The notes below the pieces were generated by a model. The model saw only the letters and a program-made list of their open reading frames with translations, did not search any database and had not been told where the DNA came from. Of a stretch of DNA of 64,000 nt, positions 1 to 9,435 are shown piece by piece; within the stretch, counting starts at the first letter, position 1; each line of letters opens with the position of its first letter. The position numbers and the translations under genes are program-made. The stretch spans positions 770 through 64,769 of the forward strand of contig CAZAZV010000002.1 of assembly GCA_964489845.1 (NCBI GenBank), written 5' to 3'. The DNA is from an uncultured Candidatus Saccharibacteria bacterium (lineage in GTDB: Bacteria > Patescibacteriota > Minisyncoccia > UBA6257 > GWB1-50-10).

Positions 1-173
1 CGCCTTTCATCGCTGCATGATATCAAGGCATCCACCGTTCACCCTTACGTTCTATTTGCTATAGAGAGCTTCTACCTCGAAAAAATGATTTTTCAAGTTC
101 AAAGAACGTTCTCATATTCGGTTCTCAAAGTTCGCTCGGTGCAATTCTCCACGACAGACCTCACACGATGCGG

Positions 174-200
174 AATAAAAAACCGCCGGTACGGCGGGGG
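174..200 (-). terminator. Rho-independent terminator ending the map-containing transcript
   Basis: GC hairpin ccgccggtacggcgg (183-197) followed on the minus strand by TTTTTTATT. Confidence 0.6.
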
Positions 201-748
201 TCATGGACAGCACTGCTAACGTGCCGGGTATCACGGCTTCCCGCCATGCGAGATATATTCGTGGAACTGCATGTATGGGAACATTATAGAGTACCCCCGA
301 GCGGCGTGTCAAATGAAGAGCCCCTCGACACGGTGTCGAGGGGCAATGCCGGAAAGAAAGGAGGAGCATGGCGAAAGTTCGCGCCACCGAGCGAGGGTCC
401 GCTCCCCTCTGGTGGCCTTGAGAATGAGACGAGAAACAAGGACTGTTCATGAGTGGAAGCTCTCCTTGTTATTTCGCCCGGTCAAGACCTGCGCGATGTC
501 CGGAGGTTACCGTGCTTCCGATGAAAGAGACCGCTGGGAAAGGCATAGCACCTTCATAGGCCTTCTTCTCCTTTGCCCGGCCGAAGTCGAGCCGATATGA
601 GGTTCTACGCGTAACGGTATCACAAATGAATCGGCGTGTCGATGGACGTCGTGTGCGTATTCTGTCTCGCGCTCGGGTTCGTTGTTCCCTCCGCCGGTGC
701 ACGCGCGCTGCGATATGGTGCGACGCAGGCGGGGTTCTTTTTTATTAC
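201..748 (-). other. About 550-nt apparently non-coding GC-rich region between the map stop and the terminator; candidate structured RNA(s)
   Basis: No credible ORF in any frame (only Arg-rich junk ORFs). Several perfect hairpins, e.g. gcccctcgaca-cgg-tgtcgaggggc at 320-345. Same transcript orientation as map. Confidence 0.3.
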
Positions 749-1513
749 TTAGTCGATAGCAACGAGCACCTCGGGACCGTGCGACGTAATCGCAACGGTC
801 GTTTCGAAATGCGCGCTCACGTCGCCGTGTTCCGTCGCGTAGCTTCCGTCCGTGCGCGGAACGGCTCGCTCCGATACGAATGCGAACATCGGCTCGAGCG
901 CGAGCACCATGCCTTCCTGCAGTTTCAATCCCGTTCCCCGCTCGCCGAAGTTGTACACGTCGGGCGCTTCGTGCAGCTCGAAGCCGACGCCGTGACCGAC
1001 AAGATTGTGTATAACCTTCACCTGGGAGCGGAGTGCCGTCTGCTCCACTTCATGTCCGATATCCCCAAGCCGGTGTTTTGTGTCGCACACCCGGAGCGCA
1101 TTGCCGAGCGCCTCGCGCGTCGCCCGCATGAGGCGCTTGTTGTCTTCCGACACGGTGTCGACGCCGACCGTCACCGCCGCATCGGTCACGTACCCGCGAT
1201 AGGTTACTCCCATATCGAGAGACAAGATATCTCCGTCGCGCAAAACGGTCCCGTTCGGCAAACCGTGCACGACGATGTTATTGAGAGACGCGCAGATGCG
1301 CGCCGGATACGCCGGCAGGCTCGGCTCGGGCCGGTATCCCAGAAACGCGGCATCGGCCCCCTCGGCGCGAAGCAGCTCCCCGGCAAGCGCATCGAGTTCC
1401 GAAAGTTTCGTGCCAGCAGCCGCGCGCACTTTGAGTGCCGAAAGAATGCGCGAAAGGATTACCCCAGAGGCCCGAAGCCCCTCGATGTCCTCGCTCGTTT
1501 TGATGCGAATCAT
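749..1513 (-). CDS. map: Methionine aminopeptidase type I
   Basis: 254 aa; metal-binding pita-bread fold motifs (VVHG, DGDILSLD, HNLVGHGVG, MVLALEPM); last gene after adk-secY. Confidence 0.9.
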   Translation of the reverse strand: MIRIKTSEDIEGLRASGVILSRILSALKVRAAAGTKLSELDALAGELLRAEGADAAFLGYRPEPSLPAYPARICASLNNIVVHGLPNGTVLRDGDILSLDMGVTYRGYVTDAAVTVGVDTVSEDNKRLMRATREALGNALRVCDTKHRLGDIGHEVEQTALRSQVKVIHNLVGHGVGFELHEAPDVYNFGERGTGLKLQEGMVLALEPMFAFVSERAVPRTDGSYATEHGDVSAHFETTVAITSHGPEVLVAID

Positions 1514-2202
1514 GCAGTGAGATGAAGCGCCGCTTTCACGCGTTCGTGCACTTCGTAGGGATATCCGGTGCCATCAACTTCCGTGACCGAAACGCCGAAC
1601 GTCCGTATTTTTTCCACGAGCGGAAGAATCCCTTCCGCGTACACCTTGAGGCGCGCCCGAATCGTCTCCGGATTGTCGTCTTCCCGTTTCTTCCCCTCCC
1701 CGCCGCAGAAGTTGCACCGCGCTCCCTCGGATGCGTTCATCATCGGCAAGCCGCACACCGAGCAAATAAAGCGCGTGGAATTGCGCCGCAACGATTCCTC
1801 GGATGGGACGCGAAGCAGCACCATATGGATGTGTTCTTTCCCGTAGTATTCCGCGAGCGCCGGGAGCAGTCCCTGGTGCTCCGCATCGCCGAACGCTTCG
1901 AACCCGGCGCGCGGCGAACCGCTCAAAATAATGTCGAGTCCCGCCTGCGCGATGCGGAATACTTTGTCGCGCTCGATCGCGAGCACCCACTTCGGGTCGA
2001 CGAGTTTGCCCGCCGCGTATTCCTCGCGCTTCTCCTTGATGTCAGGCGTGAGCGCGATGTCGGGAGAGAAAAGAAGGTGTTCCAGATACCGTCCGGTATC
2101 GAAGTGAATGAAGTGAAATGCCCGCGCCAGGAGCTCCGCTTGCGTTCCCTTCCCTGCCCCGGGAGGACCGTAGAGGATGATGGCTTGACTAGATTCCTTC
2201 AT
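1510..2202 (-). CDS. adk: Adenylate kinase, zinc-lid type
   Basis: ILYGPPGAGKGTQ P-loop; CSVCG...CNFCGG lid zinc ribbon. Confidence 0.9.
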   Translation of the reverse strand: MKESSQAIILYGPPGAGKGTQAELLARAFHFIHFDTGRYLEHLLFSPDIALTPDIKEKREEYAAGKLVDPKWVLAIERDKVFRIAQAGLDIILSGSPRAGFEAFGDAEHQGLLPALAEYYGKEHIHMVLLRVPSEESLRRNSTRFICSVCGLPMMNASEGARCNFCGGEGKKREDDNPETIRARLKVYAEGILPLVEKIRTFGVSVTEVDGTGYPYEVHERVKAALHLTA

Positions 2203-3454
2203 ATTCCCGTACCGAGAGCTGCGACTGCAGCTGCTTCATCACGTCTAGGGCGACGGCGACGACGATGAGCAGCGCCGCACCGCCGAGTGCGAAGGTCTGG
2301 ACGCCGGTCAAGACCTGCGTGACGTTCGGTAGTATCGCGACGAATCCGAGAAAAATCGCGCCGAAGAGCGTGATGCGGTGCACGACGCGCTGCAGGACAC
2401 CCGTCGTCTGCTCGCCCGGGCGGATGCCGGGGAGGAATCCCCCGCTCTGCCGCAAGTTTTTCGAAATCTCTTCCGGGTTGAACGTAATCGCGGTATAGAA
2501 GTATGTGAACATTCCCACGAGGATGAAGTAGATGCCGCTGTAGAGAACCTGATTGTTGAAAAGGTTCGTCACGAAGTTATTCGCCCGCGCCGCCAAGCTT
2601 CCCGAGAATACGCCGAGAACCTGCGCCAAAAATTGCGGGAAGAGGAGCAGTGAAATCGCGAAGATGATCGGGATCACGCCCGCTTGGTTGATTTTGAGCG
2701 GCAGATACGACGCGACGCCGCCGTAAAGCTTGTTGCCCCGCACCTGTTTCGCGTACGACACCGGTATTTTCCGCTCGCCTTCGTTCACGTGCGTCACCGA
2801 TGCGATGATGGCGATGGAGAGCACGATGTAGCCGATATACGTAGGGAGCATGCTCGGCGTGTACGAAGCGACGCTCGAAGTAACGGCTTCCGGCAGCCGC
2901 GCGACGATACCGGAGAAAATGATGATGGAAATGCCGTTCCCGATTTTATACTCGGAGATGATTTCCCCGATCCACACGAGGAGCATCGTACCCGCCGTGA
3001 TGATGGTGATATTCGCGAAAACCTGGAGGAACGAGAGCCGGGCGATGACTCCCTCAGACATAAGCAGATTCAGAAATCCATACCCCTGCATGAGCGCGAG
3101 GGGAACGGTGAGGTAGCGCGAGATGCGGTTGAACTTCGCCCGCCCTTCGGCGCCCTCTTCGTAGTACGCTTCCTTCAGCTTCGGGAAAATCATCATGAGA
3201 AGCTGCATGACGATAACCGCCGTGATGTACGGCCCGACGCCGAGCATCACGAGCGAGAGGCGGGACAACCCGCCGCCCGAGAATATGTTCAAAAATCCGA
3301 AGAGTTTGTTCGATGCGAAAAACTGCGCGAGCGCCTGTGCGTCGATGCCCGGTATCGGTATCGCCGCGAGCAGGCGGAACACGCCCAAGAGCGCGATGAC
3401 GGAAAGGACTTTCTTGCGGAGGTCGGGAATCTTGAAAACTTGTAGAATGTTCAT
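2189..3454 (-). CDS. secY: Preprotein translocase SecY
   Basis: 421 aa, 10 TM segments, position after rplO. Confidence 0.92.
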   Translation of the reverse strand: MNILQVFKIPDLRKKVLSVIALLGVFRLLAAIPIPGIDAQALAQFFASNKLFGFLNIFSGGGLSRLSLVMLGVGPYITAVIVMQLLMMIFPKLKEAYYEEGAEGRAKFNRISRYLTVPLALMQGYGFLNLLMSEGVIARLSFLQVFANITIITAGTMLLVWIGEIISEYKIGNGISIIIFSGIVARLPEAVTSSVASYTPSMLPTYIGYIVLSIAIIASVTHVNEGERKIPVSYAKQVRGNKLYGGVASYLPLKINQAGVIPIIFAISLLLFPQFLAQVLGVFSGSLAARANNFVTNLFNNQVLYSGIYFILVGMFTYFYTAITFNPEEISKNLRQSGGFLPGIRPGEQTTGVLQRVVHRITLFGAIFLGFVAILPNVTQVLTGVQTFALGGAALLIVVAVALDVMKQLQSQLSVREYEGI

Positions 3455-3459
3455 GGCGC

Positions 3460-3867
3460 TTATGCAACCGCCCCTCCCGCGTGCTCGATGGCCGCTTTTG
3501 CCTGTTTCGAGACCGGTATGCGCTGCACGGTCAGCTTCTTTCCTATCGGTCCGTTTCCCAAAAGCTTCGGTTGCTCCCCTTTCCTGATTATACCGCGACG
3601 CGCGAGTTCGTCACGCGTCACGACACTCCCCGCCTCGAATGCATCGAGAAGCGAGACGTCCACAGCAACCGGCTTCCGGTTCAAAGGACGGAACGTGACG
3701 CCGCGAAGCTTCGGAAACGTTTTCACGTATTCCTCCTTCGCGTTGTACTTGTGCGTTCCCGCGCGCGCCCGCTGTCCTTTCACGCCACGACCCGAATACG
3801 TCCCGCGCTTCCCGCCTCTCCCGATGCGCTTCCTAGAGCGCCGGGGTATGTTTCTGAGTAATTCCAT
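3460..3867 (-). CDS. rplO: 50S ribosomal protein L15
   Basis: RKRIGRGGKRGTYSGRG motif; directly follows rpsE with no L30 gene between. Confidence 0.9.
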   Translation of the reverse strand: MELLRNIPRRSRKRIGRGGKRGTYSGRGVKGQRARAGTHKYNAKEEYVKTFPKLRGVTFRPLNRKPVAVDVSLLDAFEAGSVVTRDELARRGIIRKGEQPKLLGNGPIGKKLTVQRIPVSKQAKAAIEHAGGAVA

Positions 3868-4339
3868 AGTGTTGCAACGCGCGAACCACCGCGCGCGCGA
3901 TGTTAAGTTTGTTCGACGTCGTACCCAAAAGCTTCGCCGAAACGTCCTTCACGCCGGCGAGTTCCAGAACCGCCCGCGCCGCGCCGCCGGCAACGAGGCC
4001 GTGTCCTTCCCGGCTGGGTTTGATTCTCACCCGCGCCGCGCCGTACTTCATGTCGATATCGTATGGAACCGTCCGGCCGTACTTCGGCTCGAAATGTATC
4101 AACTGTTTCTTCGCCGCCGTCCGCGCCTTGTCGATGGAACCGGCAACGTCCTTGCCGCGCCCGGTGCCGATACCGACCCGGCCCTTGCGGTCGCCGATGA
4201 CGATGCTCGCGCGGAACACGAACCGCTTGCCGCCGGCAACGACGCGCGTCACCCTCCGTATTTCGAGGACTACCTCGTCGAACTCGCGCGGTTCCCGCGG
4301 CGTTCGTTCTCCACGTTGTTCTCTTGGTCTTATCATCAT
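3833..4339 (-). CDS. rpsE: 30S ribosomal protein S5
   Basis: VTRVVAGGKRFVFRASIVIGDRKGRVGIGTGRGKDV. Confidence 0.92.
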   Translation of the reverse strand: MMIRPREQRGERTPREPREFDEVVLEIRRVTRVVAGGKRFVFRASIVIGDRKGRVGIGTGRGKDVAGSIDKARTAAKKQLIHFEPKYGRTVPYDIDMKYGAARVRIKPSREGHGLVAGGAARAVLELAGVKDVSAKLLGTTSNKLNIARAVVRALQHYGITQKHTPAL

Positions 4340-4359
4340 AATAATAAATGCTTTCCCCT

Positions 4360-4701
4360 CTAGAACTTGAGTCCTCCTTCCCGCGCCCCCTCGGCAACCC
4401 GCCGCACTCTTCCGTGATACCGGTACGGGCCCTTGTCGAAAGCGACCGTTTCCACATGCGCTTCCCGCGCCCGCTTCGCGAGCTCCTTGCCCATCTCGAA
4501 CGCGGCGTCCGTCTTGCGCGTCTTCTTTACCCCGCGCGTACTCGCGGAAGCGAGCGTGACGCCCTTCGCGTCATCGATAACCTGTCCGTATATATACCGG
4601 TTGCTGCGGAAAACCGACAAGCGGGGTCTCTGACTTCCCTTGATATGTGCGCGCGTCCGGCGCGCCCTTCGTATGGTGCGTGCGCTTTTCATAATCCTCA
4701 T
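4360..4701 (-). CDS. rplR: 50S ribosomal protein L18
   Basis: RPRLSVFRSNRYIYGQVIDD...AFDKGPYRYHGRV. Confidence 0.9.
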   Translation of the reverse strand: MRIMKSARTIRRARRTRAHIKGSQRPRLSVFRSNRYIYGQVIDDAKGVTLASASTRGVKKTRKTDAAFEMGKELAKRAREAHVETVAFDKGPYRYHGRVRRVAEGAREGGLKF

Positions 4702-5240
4702 CCAGCGCTGCTGGCTGCTTTCTTACCCGCTTTGCGGCGGACAACCTCGTCCGAATATCGGAATCCCTTTCCCTTGTATGGTTCGGCTTTCCTGAATTTC
4801 CGAATCTCGGCGGCAACTTGTCCTACAAGCTGGCGGTCGTGCCCTTTCACGCGAAGCGTGTTACCGTCTGTCACGAAAGTTATTCCCGCGGGCGCTTCGT
4901 ACACGACGGGGTGAGAAAAGCCAAGTGAGAGCGTGAGCGTGCTGCCCAAGAGCGCGACGCGGTACCCGACACCTTCCAGAATGAGCGTCTTCTCGTACCC
5001 TTCGGTCACGCCCCGCACCGCATTCGCGAACAAGCTCCGTACCGTCCCCCAATTCCGCCGCGTCTGCGCATCCTGCCGCTCCGCGGAGAAGCTCACCGCG
5101 CCATCCTGGAGTGCGTATGAAATGCCGGCGAGGAGCGGTACGCGAAGTTCCGTCTCGCCGCGAGACACCTTCAAGACGCCGTTCTCCGAAACGACATCCA
5201 CCCCTGCGGGGATAGTAACCGGTTGTTTCCCGATTCTGCT
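4698..5240 (-). CDS. rplF: 50S ribosomal protein L6 (start trimmed to MSRIGKQPV)
   Basis: IGKQPVTIPAGV...GVGYRV; Lys-rich C-terminal tail. Confidence 0.88.
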   Translation of the reverse strand, partial: SRIGKQPVTIPAGVDVVSENGVLKVSRGETELRVPLLAGISYALQDGAVSFSAERQDAQTRRNWGTVRSLFANAVRGVTEGYEKTLILEGVGYRVALLGSTLTLSLGFSHPVVYEAPAGITFVTDGNTLRVKGHDRQLVGQVAAEIRKFRKAEPYKGKGFRYSDEVVRRKAGKKAASSAG

Positions 5241-5247
5241 CATGGCG

Positions 5248-5619
5248 TTACCATATCTTGAATAAGAGCTTTCCGCCGACGCCTTCTTTCCGCGCCGCTT
5301 CTCCGGAGAGCACGCCCTTCGTCGTCGAGACGACAAGGAGTCCCGTGCCTCCCTTGACCGGTTTCAAATCCCGCGCGCCCGCGTATCGCGCGACCGATGG
5401 CTTCGAGAGCGTCTGGAACCCGTACGGGTGCGGTCGTGTCGGGAGCGCGAGCTTCAAGAGCTTCTTCGGGCTTCTGCCGAGGACGGCGATTTTGCTCACG
5501 AACCCGCGACTCTGAAGCAGCGTCGCCACGGCGGCGTCGATTTTCGTATACGGCGCCCGCACCGTCCGCCTGCCCGCGGCTTGCGCGTTCTTGATCCTGT
5601 TCACCAAATCTATATACAT
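5248..5619 (-). CDS. rpsH: 30S ribosomal protein S8
   Basis: MYIDLVNRIKNAQAAGR...VVSTTKGVLSGEAARKEGVGGKLLFKIW. Confidence 0.92.
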   Translation of the reverse strand: MYIDLVNRIKNAQAAGRRTVRAPYTKIDAAVATLLQSRGFVSKIAVLGRSPKKLLKLALPTRPHPYGFQTLSKPSVARYAGARDLKPVKGGTGLLVVSTTKGVLSGEAARKEGVGGKLLFKIW

Positions 5620-5658
5620 ATCATATATGGTAATCCTTTTACGCGGAGAGAAACCTCG

Positions 5659-5844
5659 TCACCAGCTCGCCTTTTTCACGCCGGGTATCTCGCCGTTGCT
5701 CGCGAGTTCGCGGAAACAAATGCGGCACACGTTGAAATCCCGCATATATCCCCGCACTCTCCCGCAACGGAAACAGCGCCGCACGATGCGGACGCTATAC
5801 TTCGGTTCCCGCTTCGACTTGATGATTTTTGATGTCTTAGCCAT
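5659..5844 (-). CDS. rpsN: 30S ribosomal protein S14 type Z (zinc-binding, 61 aa)
   Basis: [19 protein letters not shown]...[20 protein letters not shown]; ORF track extension upstream is spurious. Confidence 0.9.
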   Translation of the reverse strand: MAKTSKIIKSKREPKYSVRIVRRCFRCGRVRGYMRDFNVCRICFRELASNGEIPGVKKASW

Positions 5845-6340
5845 TGTCTTGTTCTTTCTTCTCGAGCGGCACGCCGAACTCGCGGTAAACCCTGAGCATC
5901 TCGTCGCGGTTTTGCTTCCGCCCGACGATGGTGACCTGCAAACCAAAGTCGGTCGCCGCGTCTTCCATATTGATTTCCGGAAAAACGGACTGGTCTTGCA
6001 ATCCGATATTCAAGTTACCGTGCTCGTCAACGGCTGTCAAAGGCAATCCGCGAAAGTCCCGCACGCGGGGAAGGACTGCCCGCATGAGGCGCGTGAAGAA
6101 ATCCGCCATCCGTTTCCCCCGGAGCGTCACCTTCAGTCCCACGGTATCACCCTGGCGGGTCCGGAATTCCGAGATGGACTTTTTCGCGACGGTCTGCACC
6201 GGTCGCTGTCCGGTGATTGCGGCGAGCGCGAGGGAAAGGTACGGCACGAGTTTCTTCTCGAAGTCCGCTTGTTTCCGCAATCTGCCGACGCCGGTGGTCA
6301 CGACGATGCGGTCGACGTACGATGTGATGTTACCATTCAT
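5837..6340 (-). CDS. rplE: 50S ribosomal protein L5
   Basis: [34 protein letters not shown]...[13 protein letters not shown]. Confidence 0.9.
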   Translation of the reverse strand: MNGNITSYVDRIVVTTGVGRLRKQADFEKKLVPYLSLALAAITGQRPVQTVAKKSISEFRTRQGDTVGLKVTLRGKRMADFFTRLMRAVLPRVRDFRGLPLTAVDEHGNLNIGLQDQSVFPEINMEDAATDFGLQVTIVGRKQNRDEMLRVYREFGVPLEKKEQDNG

Positions 6341-6644
6341 GGTTGCAGTGCTTGCATACGCGGGTTCCGCCTTTTGCCGTTCGCTTGACGCCGACTCTCG
6401 TCGGCTTCCCGCACGAGGGGCACACAACGAGTACGTTCGAGAGCGCGAAGGGAGCCGATTTCTCGACGACTTCCCCTTTCTCGCCCTGCCGCTTCGGGCG
6501 GACGTGTCGCTTGTGCGTGTTGACGCCGTCGACGGTCACCGTGCCGCGCGCGACGGCGACGTGCACCACCTTCCCGGTTTTCCCCTTGTCCTTGCCGGCA
6601 ATGACTTTCACCGTATCTCCCTTTTGTATCTTCGCAACGCTCAT
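6330..6644 (-). CDS. rplX: 50S ribosomal protein L24 with C-terminal CxxC...CxxC zinc-ribbon extension
   Basis: KOW core MSVAKIQKGDTVKVIAGKDKGKTGKV plus tail [30 protein letters not shown]. Confidence 0.85.
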   Translation of the reverse strand: MSVAKIQKGDTVKVIAGKDKGKTGKVVHVAVARGTVTVDGVNTHKRHVRPKRQGEKGEVVEKSAPFALSNVLVVCPSCGKPTRVGVKRTAKGGTRVCKHCNHEW

Positions 6645-6654
6645 GGCAGTGTGA

Positions 6655-7020
6655 TTAAATAACATCCCCCGAGAGGGAAATGATTTCCGGATATCCCTTG
6701 TCTTTCAGCTCGCGCGGTATGGGTCCGAAGATGCGCGTGCCGCGCGGCTGTTTCTTCTCTATCAGGACGACCGCGTTCTCGTCGAACGAGACGTACGAGC
6801 CGTCGGCCCGCCGGAAGGGCTGCCGCTGGCGGACAATCACGCCGCGCACGATGTCTTTCTTCTTGATCGTCTTGCGCGGCTCCGCCACCTGCACGGAGCA
6901 TACAACGACGTCGCCGATGCGCGCATAGTGGCGCTTGGAGCCGCCGAGAATGCGGAAGCAGCGAACCTTTTTGGCTCCGCTGTTATCCGCGACGTTCAAT
7001 ATGGCTCGTTCCTGTATCAT
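6655..7020 (-). CDS. rplN: 50S ribosomal protein L14
   Basis: MIQERAILNVADNSGAKKVRCFRILGG... Confidence 0.93.
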   Translation of the reverse strand: MIQERAILNVADNSGAKKVRCFRILGGSKRHYARIGDVVVCSVQVAEPRKTIKKKDIVRGVIVRQRQPFRRADGSYVSFDENAVVLIEKKQPRGTRIFGPIPRELKDKGYPEIISLSGDVI

Positions 7021-7021
7021 A

Positions 7022-7255
7022 TTATTTCTCTGCCTTTCCGATGATATTCCATCGCTTGCCTTTCGACAGCGGACGGACCTCCTGGATTACAACTTCGTCC
7101 CCGACATGGTACGCGTTTTCCGCGTCGTGCGCCTTGAGGCGCGTCGTCTGCTTCAGGTATTTCTCGTAGCGGGGGTGTTTCACGAGGTTGACCACCGTGA
7201 CAACCCTCGTCTTGTCCATCTTATCCGATGTAATGATGCCTTTCAGGGTACGCAT
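7022..7255 (-). CDS. rpsQ: 30S ribosomal protein S17
   Basis: GIITSDKMDKTRVVTVVNLVKHPRYEKY. Confidence 0.9.
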   Translation of the reverse strand: MRTLKGIITSDKMDKTRVVTVVNLVKHPRYEKYLKQTTRLKAHDAENAYHVGDEVVIQEVRPLSKGKRWNIIGKAEK

Positions 7256-7279
7256 AGAACGGGTTTTGGTTATTGGTTG

Positions 7280-7483
7280 TTAGTTTTTGGTTGTGGATTG
7301 CTTCAGAAGCGTCAAGAGTTGCGCGATGGTGCGCCTCGTCGCCTGGACTTCCTTCACATTGCTCACCTTGCCGAGCGATAAATCAAAGCGCAGGCTCTGC
7401 AGCTTTTCGCGCGCCTCGGCGAGGTGTTTCGTGAGCTCCGATTCGGGCAACGCTCGCGTTTTTTCGAATTCTTTCTTTTTCAT
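7280..7483 (-). CDS. rpmC: 50S ribosomal protein L29
   Basis: 67 aa, ELTKHLAEAREKLQSLRF. Confidence 0.85.
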   Translation of the reverse strand: MKKKEFEKTRALPESELTKHLAEAREKLQSLRFDLSLGKVSNVKEVQATRRTIAQLLTLLKQSTTKN

Positions 7484-7484
7484 G

Positions 7485-7898
7485 TTATTTGCTTGCCACG
7501 ATTTTCGCTTTCACCGGCAGCTTGTGCGCCGCGCGACGCAATGCTTGGCGCGCCAGGGTATCTGCAATGCCGTCGACCTCGAAGAGGATGCGGCCCGGAT
7601 ATACCGGCACGACGTAATGCGAGATGCCGCCCTTGCCTTTTCCCATCTTTACTTCAGCCGGAAACTTTGTGACCGGCTTGTCGGGGAAAATCCGAATCCA
7701 CAGTTTTCCTTCCCGTTTCAAAAAGTGCGTGATCGCGCGACGCGCCGCTTCGATTTGCGCGGCGGTAATCCACGCCTGCGTGAGCGCCTGCAAACCGAAG
7801 CTCCCGAAGTCGACGTTCGTCCCCCGCGTGTCGCGCTTCCGGTTGAGCGAGCGCCCCTTCTGCGTCCTGCGATACTTTTGTTTCTTCGGCTGCAACAT
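7485..7898 (-). CDS. rplP: 50S ribosomal protein L16
   Basis: MLQPKKQKYRRTQKGR...GKGGISHYVVPVYPGRILFEV. Confidence 0.92.
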   Translation of the reverse strand: MLQPKKQKYRRTQKGRSLNRKRDTRGTNVDFGSFGLQALTQAWITAAQIEAARRAITHFLKREGKLWIRIFPDKPVTKFPAEVKMGKGKGGISHYVVPVYPGRILFEVDGIADTLARQALRRAAHKLPVKAKIVASK

Positions 7899-7907
7899 GA
7901 AAATGCG

Positions 7908-8558
7908 TCACACTTTGTACAACCACACGTCGACGCCGATCGTGCCGTAGGTAGTGTAGGCAATGGCCCTCCCGAAGTCAATGTTCGCGCGGAGCGTTTG
8001 GAGCGGCATTTCGCCGAAACTCAACGATTCCGTGCGCGCAATTTCCGAGCCGTTCAATCGCCCCGATACGGTGAACTTCGCGCCCCGCACGGCCTTCACG
8101 ACCTGTACGAATTGCAGGTGCCGCTTCAGCACGGTGCGGAACGGGAGACGCTTCTCGAGGTCCTGGGCAATTTGCGCCGCGACGATATTCGCCGACACGT
8201 CGGTGCGTGGGATTTCCACGACGTCCAGGTGGAGCGAGAAGGTCATCGTGATGTGCCGCTCCTTCCGGAAGGTCTTCAGTTCGCGCACGACGAGTTTGTT
8301 CAAATCGTCGATGCCGCTCCCCCGCCGCCCGATGATAAGACCCGGCTTGTTCGTCTTGATGCTCACCCGGACATCCTCCCGCGTCCGCTCGATCTCAATA
8401 CCGGCGACGCTCGCCTTCGGCAGGTGCTTCATGATGATGCGCCGGAGGAGGCAGTCCTCCTCGAGGAAGAATTTCAATGACTTCTTGAAAAACCACCTGC
8501 TCGGCCAGGGTTGCGTGATGCCCAAACGTAATGATGTCGGTTTGATGCTTCTGCTCAT
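7908..8558 (-). CDS. rpsC: 30S ribosomal protein S3
   Basis: KH domain, RLGITQPWPSRWF, 216 aa. Confidence 0.92.
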   Translation of the reverse strand: MSRSIKPTSLRLGITQPWPSRWFFKKSLKFFLEEDCLLRRIIMKHLPKASVAGIEIERTREDVRVSIKTNKPGLIIGRRGSGIDDLNKLVVRELKTFRKERHITMTFSLHLDVVEIPRTDVSANIVAAQIAQDLEKRLPFRTVLKRHLQFVQVVKAVRGAKFTVSGRLNGSEIARTESLSFGEMPLQTLRANIDFGRAIAYTTYGTIGVDVWLYKV

Positions 8559-8563
8559 GGTTT

Positions 8564-9088
8564 TTACACTGACTTGCGACGGAACATGCGTTTCAGACCG
8601 CCGCGCCCGCCCTTCACGTGCTCGGCGCCCGCTTTCGACACCGGTCCCTTCTTCGCCGTTTCTTTCTCAACTTTCTCTTGCTTCGCTTTCTTCTCCGGCG
8701 CAGCGACGCGGTACCGGGGAATACGGACGGTGTCGCGCTCTGCGAGCTCGATGGAAACGTGGCTCATGCCCTTTCGCAACACATTGGTGGTGCCACGGGC
8801 CCGATACTCGACTCGCTTCAGAACCGGTCCGTCGTCGACACTAATGTGCGAGATAAACAGGTTGTCCTGCCGCGTCTCGCCGTCACGCTTCGCATTATGC
8901 ATGGCGGAGCGCAGGAGTTTCAAGAGCGCCACACTCGCGCGCCGCGGACTCACGGCGAGCTGCGCTTCCGCTTCGAGCGCCGAAAGCCCGCGCACGGTGT
9001 CAGCGACGAGCCGGACTTTGCGCGGCGCGATGTGGAGGTACCGCAAGTGCGCCGTTGCCCGTATCTTTTGTGTTTCCGTCTGTGCCAT
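8564..9088 (-). CDS. rplV: 50S ribosomal protein L22 with Lys-rich C-terminal extension
   Basis: ATAHLRYLHIAPRKVRLVADTVRG; 174 aa. Confidence 0.88.
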   Translation of the reverse strand: MAQTETQKIRATAHLRYLHIAPRKVRLVADTVRGLSALEAEAQLAVSPRRASVALLKLLRSAMHNAKRDGETRQDNLFISHISVDDGPVLKRVEYRARGTTNVLRKGMSHVSIELAERDTVRIPRYRVAAPEKKAKQEKVEKETAKKGPVSKAGAEHVKGGRGGLKRMFRRKSV

Positions 9089-9097
9089 GGATATTTG

Positions 9098-9415
9098 TTA
9101 TGACGCCTTCGGAGCCGGTGCGGCCGCTGCTTCCTCGCCCGCCTTCGTCAACTCCTTCTGCATCTTGCCGCCGTGCCGGATAAACTTTCTCGTCGCGGCG
9201 AACTCCCCGAGCCGGTGGCCGATCATGTCTTCCGTCACGCGCACGGAAATGAAGTTCTTGCCGTTGTGCACTTCAAACTCGTATCCCACCATTTCCGGGG
9301 AAATCTCCGAACCCCTGGCCCACGTGCGAATCGGACCGTCATTCGGCTTGCGACGCTCCATTTTCTTCAAAAGCTTTGCGTCGACGTATGGTCCTTTCTT
9401 TAAACTTCTGCTCAT
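9098..9415 (-). CDS. rpsS: 30S ribosomal protein S19
   Basis: [12 protein letters not shown]...[20 protein letters not shown]. Confidence 0.92.
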   Translation of the reverse strand: MSRSLKKGPYVDAKLLKKMERRKPNDGPIRTWARGSEISPEMVGYEFEVHNGKNFISVRVTEDMIGHRLGEFAATRKFIRHGGKMQKELTKAGEEAAAAPAPKAS

Positions 9416-9435
9416 ACCCAGTATATCAACATGGT

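Noticed and set aside
1-650. Possible rRNA, RNase P, tmRNA or SRP RNA gene in the ORF-free region at the window start
   Set aside because: I checked for hallmark cores and found none. No RNase P P4 GGAAAGUCCGGGCUC / ACAGAACCCGGCUUA, no tmRNA GGGG...tRNA-like 3' end, no SRP GGAAGGAAGCAGC, and no rRNA signature. I left it as an unassigned structured region.
626-1525. Long plus-strand ORFs antisense to map, the ribosomal genes, tuf, alaS, rpoD, dnaG, fusA, GH130 and others (e.g. 626-1525, 7287-8480, 17617-18975, 23755-25494, 27090-28328, 28162-29550, 33310-34839, 56072-57352)
   Set aside because: These are typical antisense artefacts of high-GC DNA. They have Arg/Pro/Ala-rich low-complexity products, no recognisable domains, and fully overlap well-supported conserved genes on the opposite strand.
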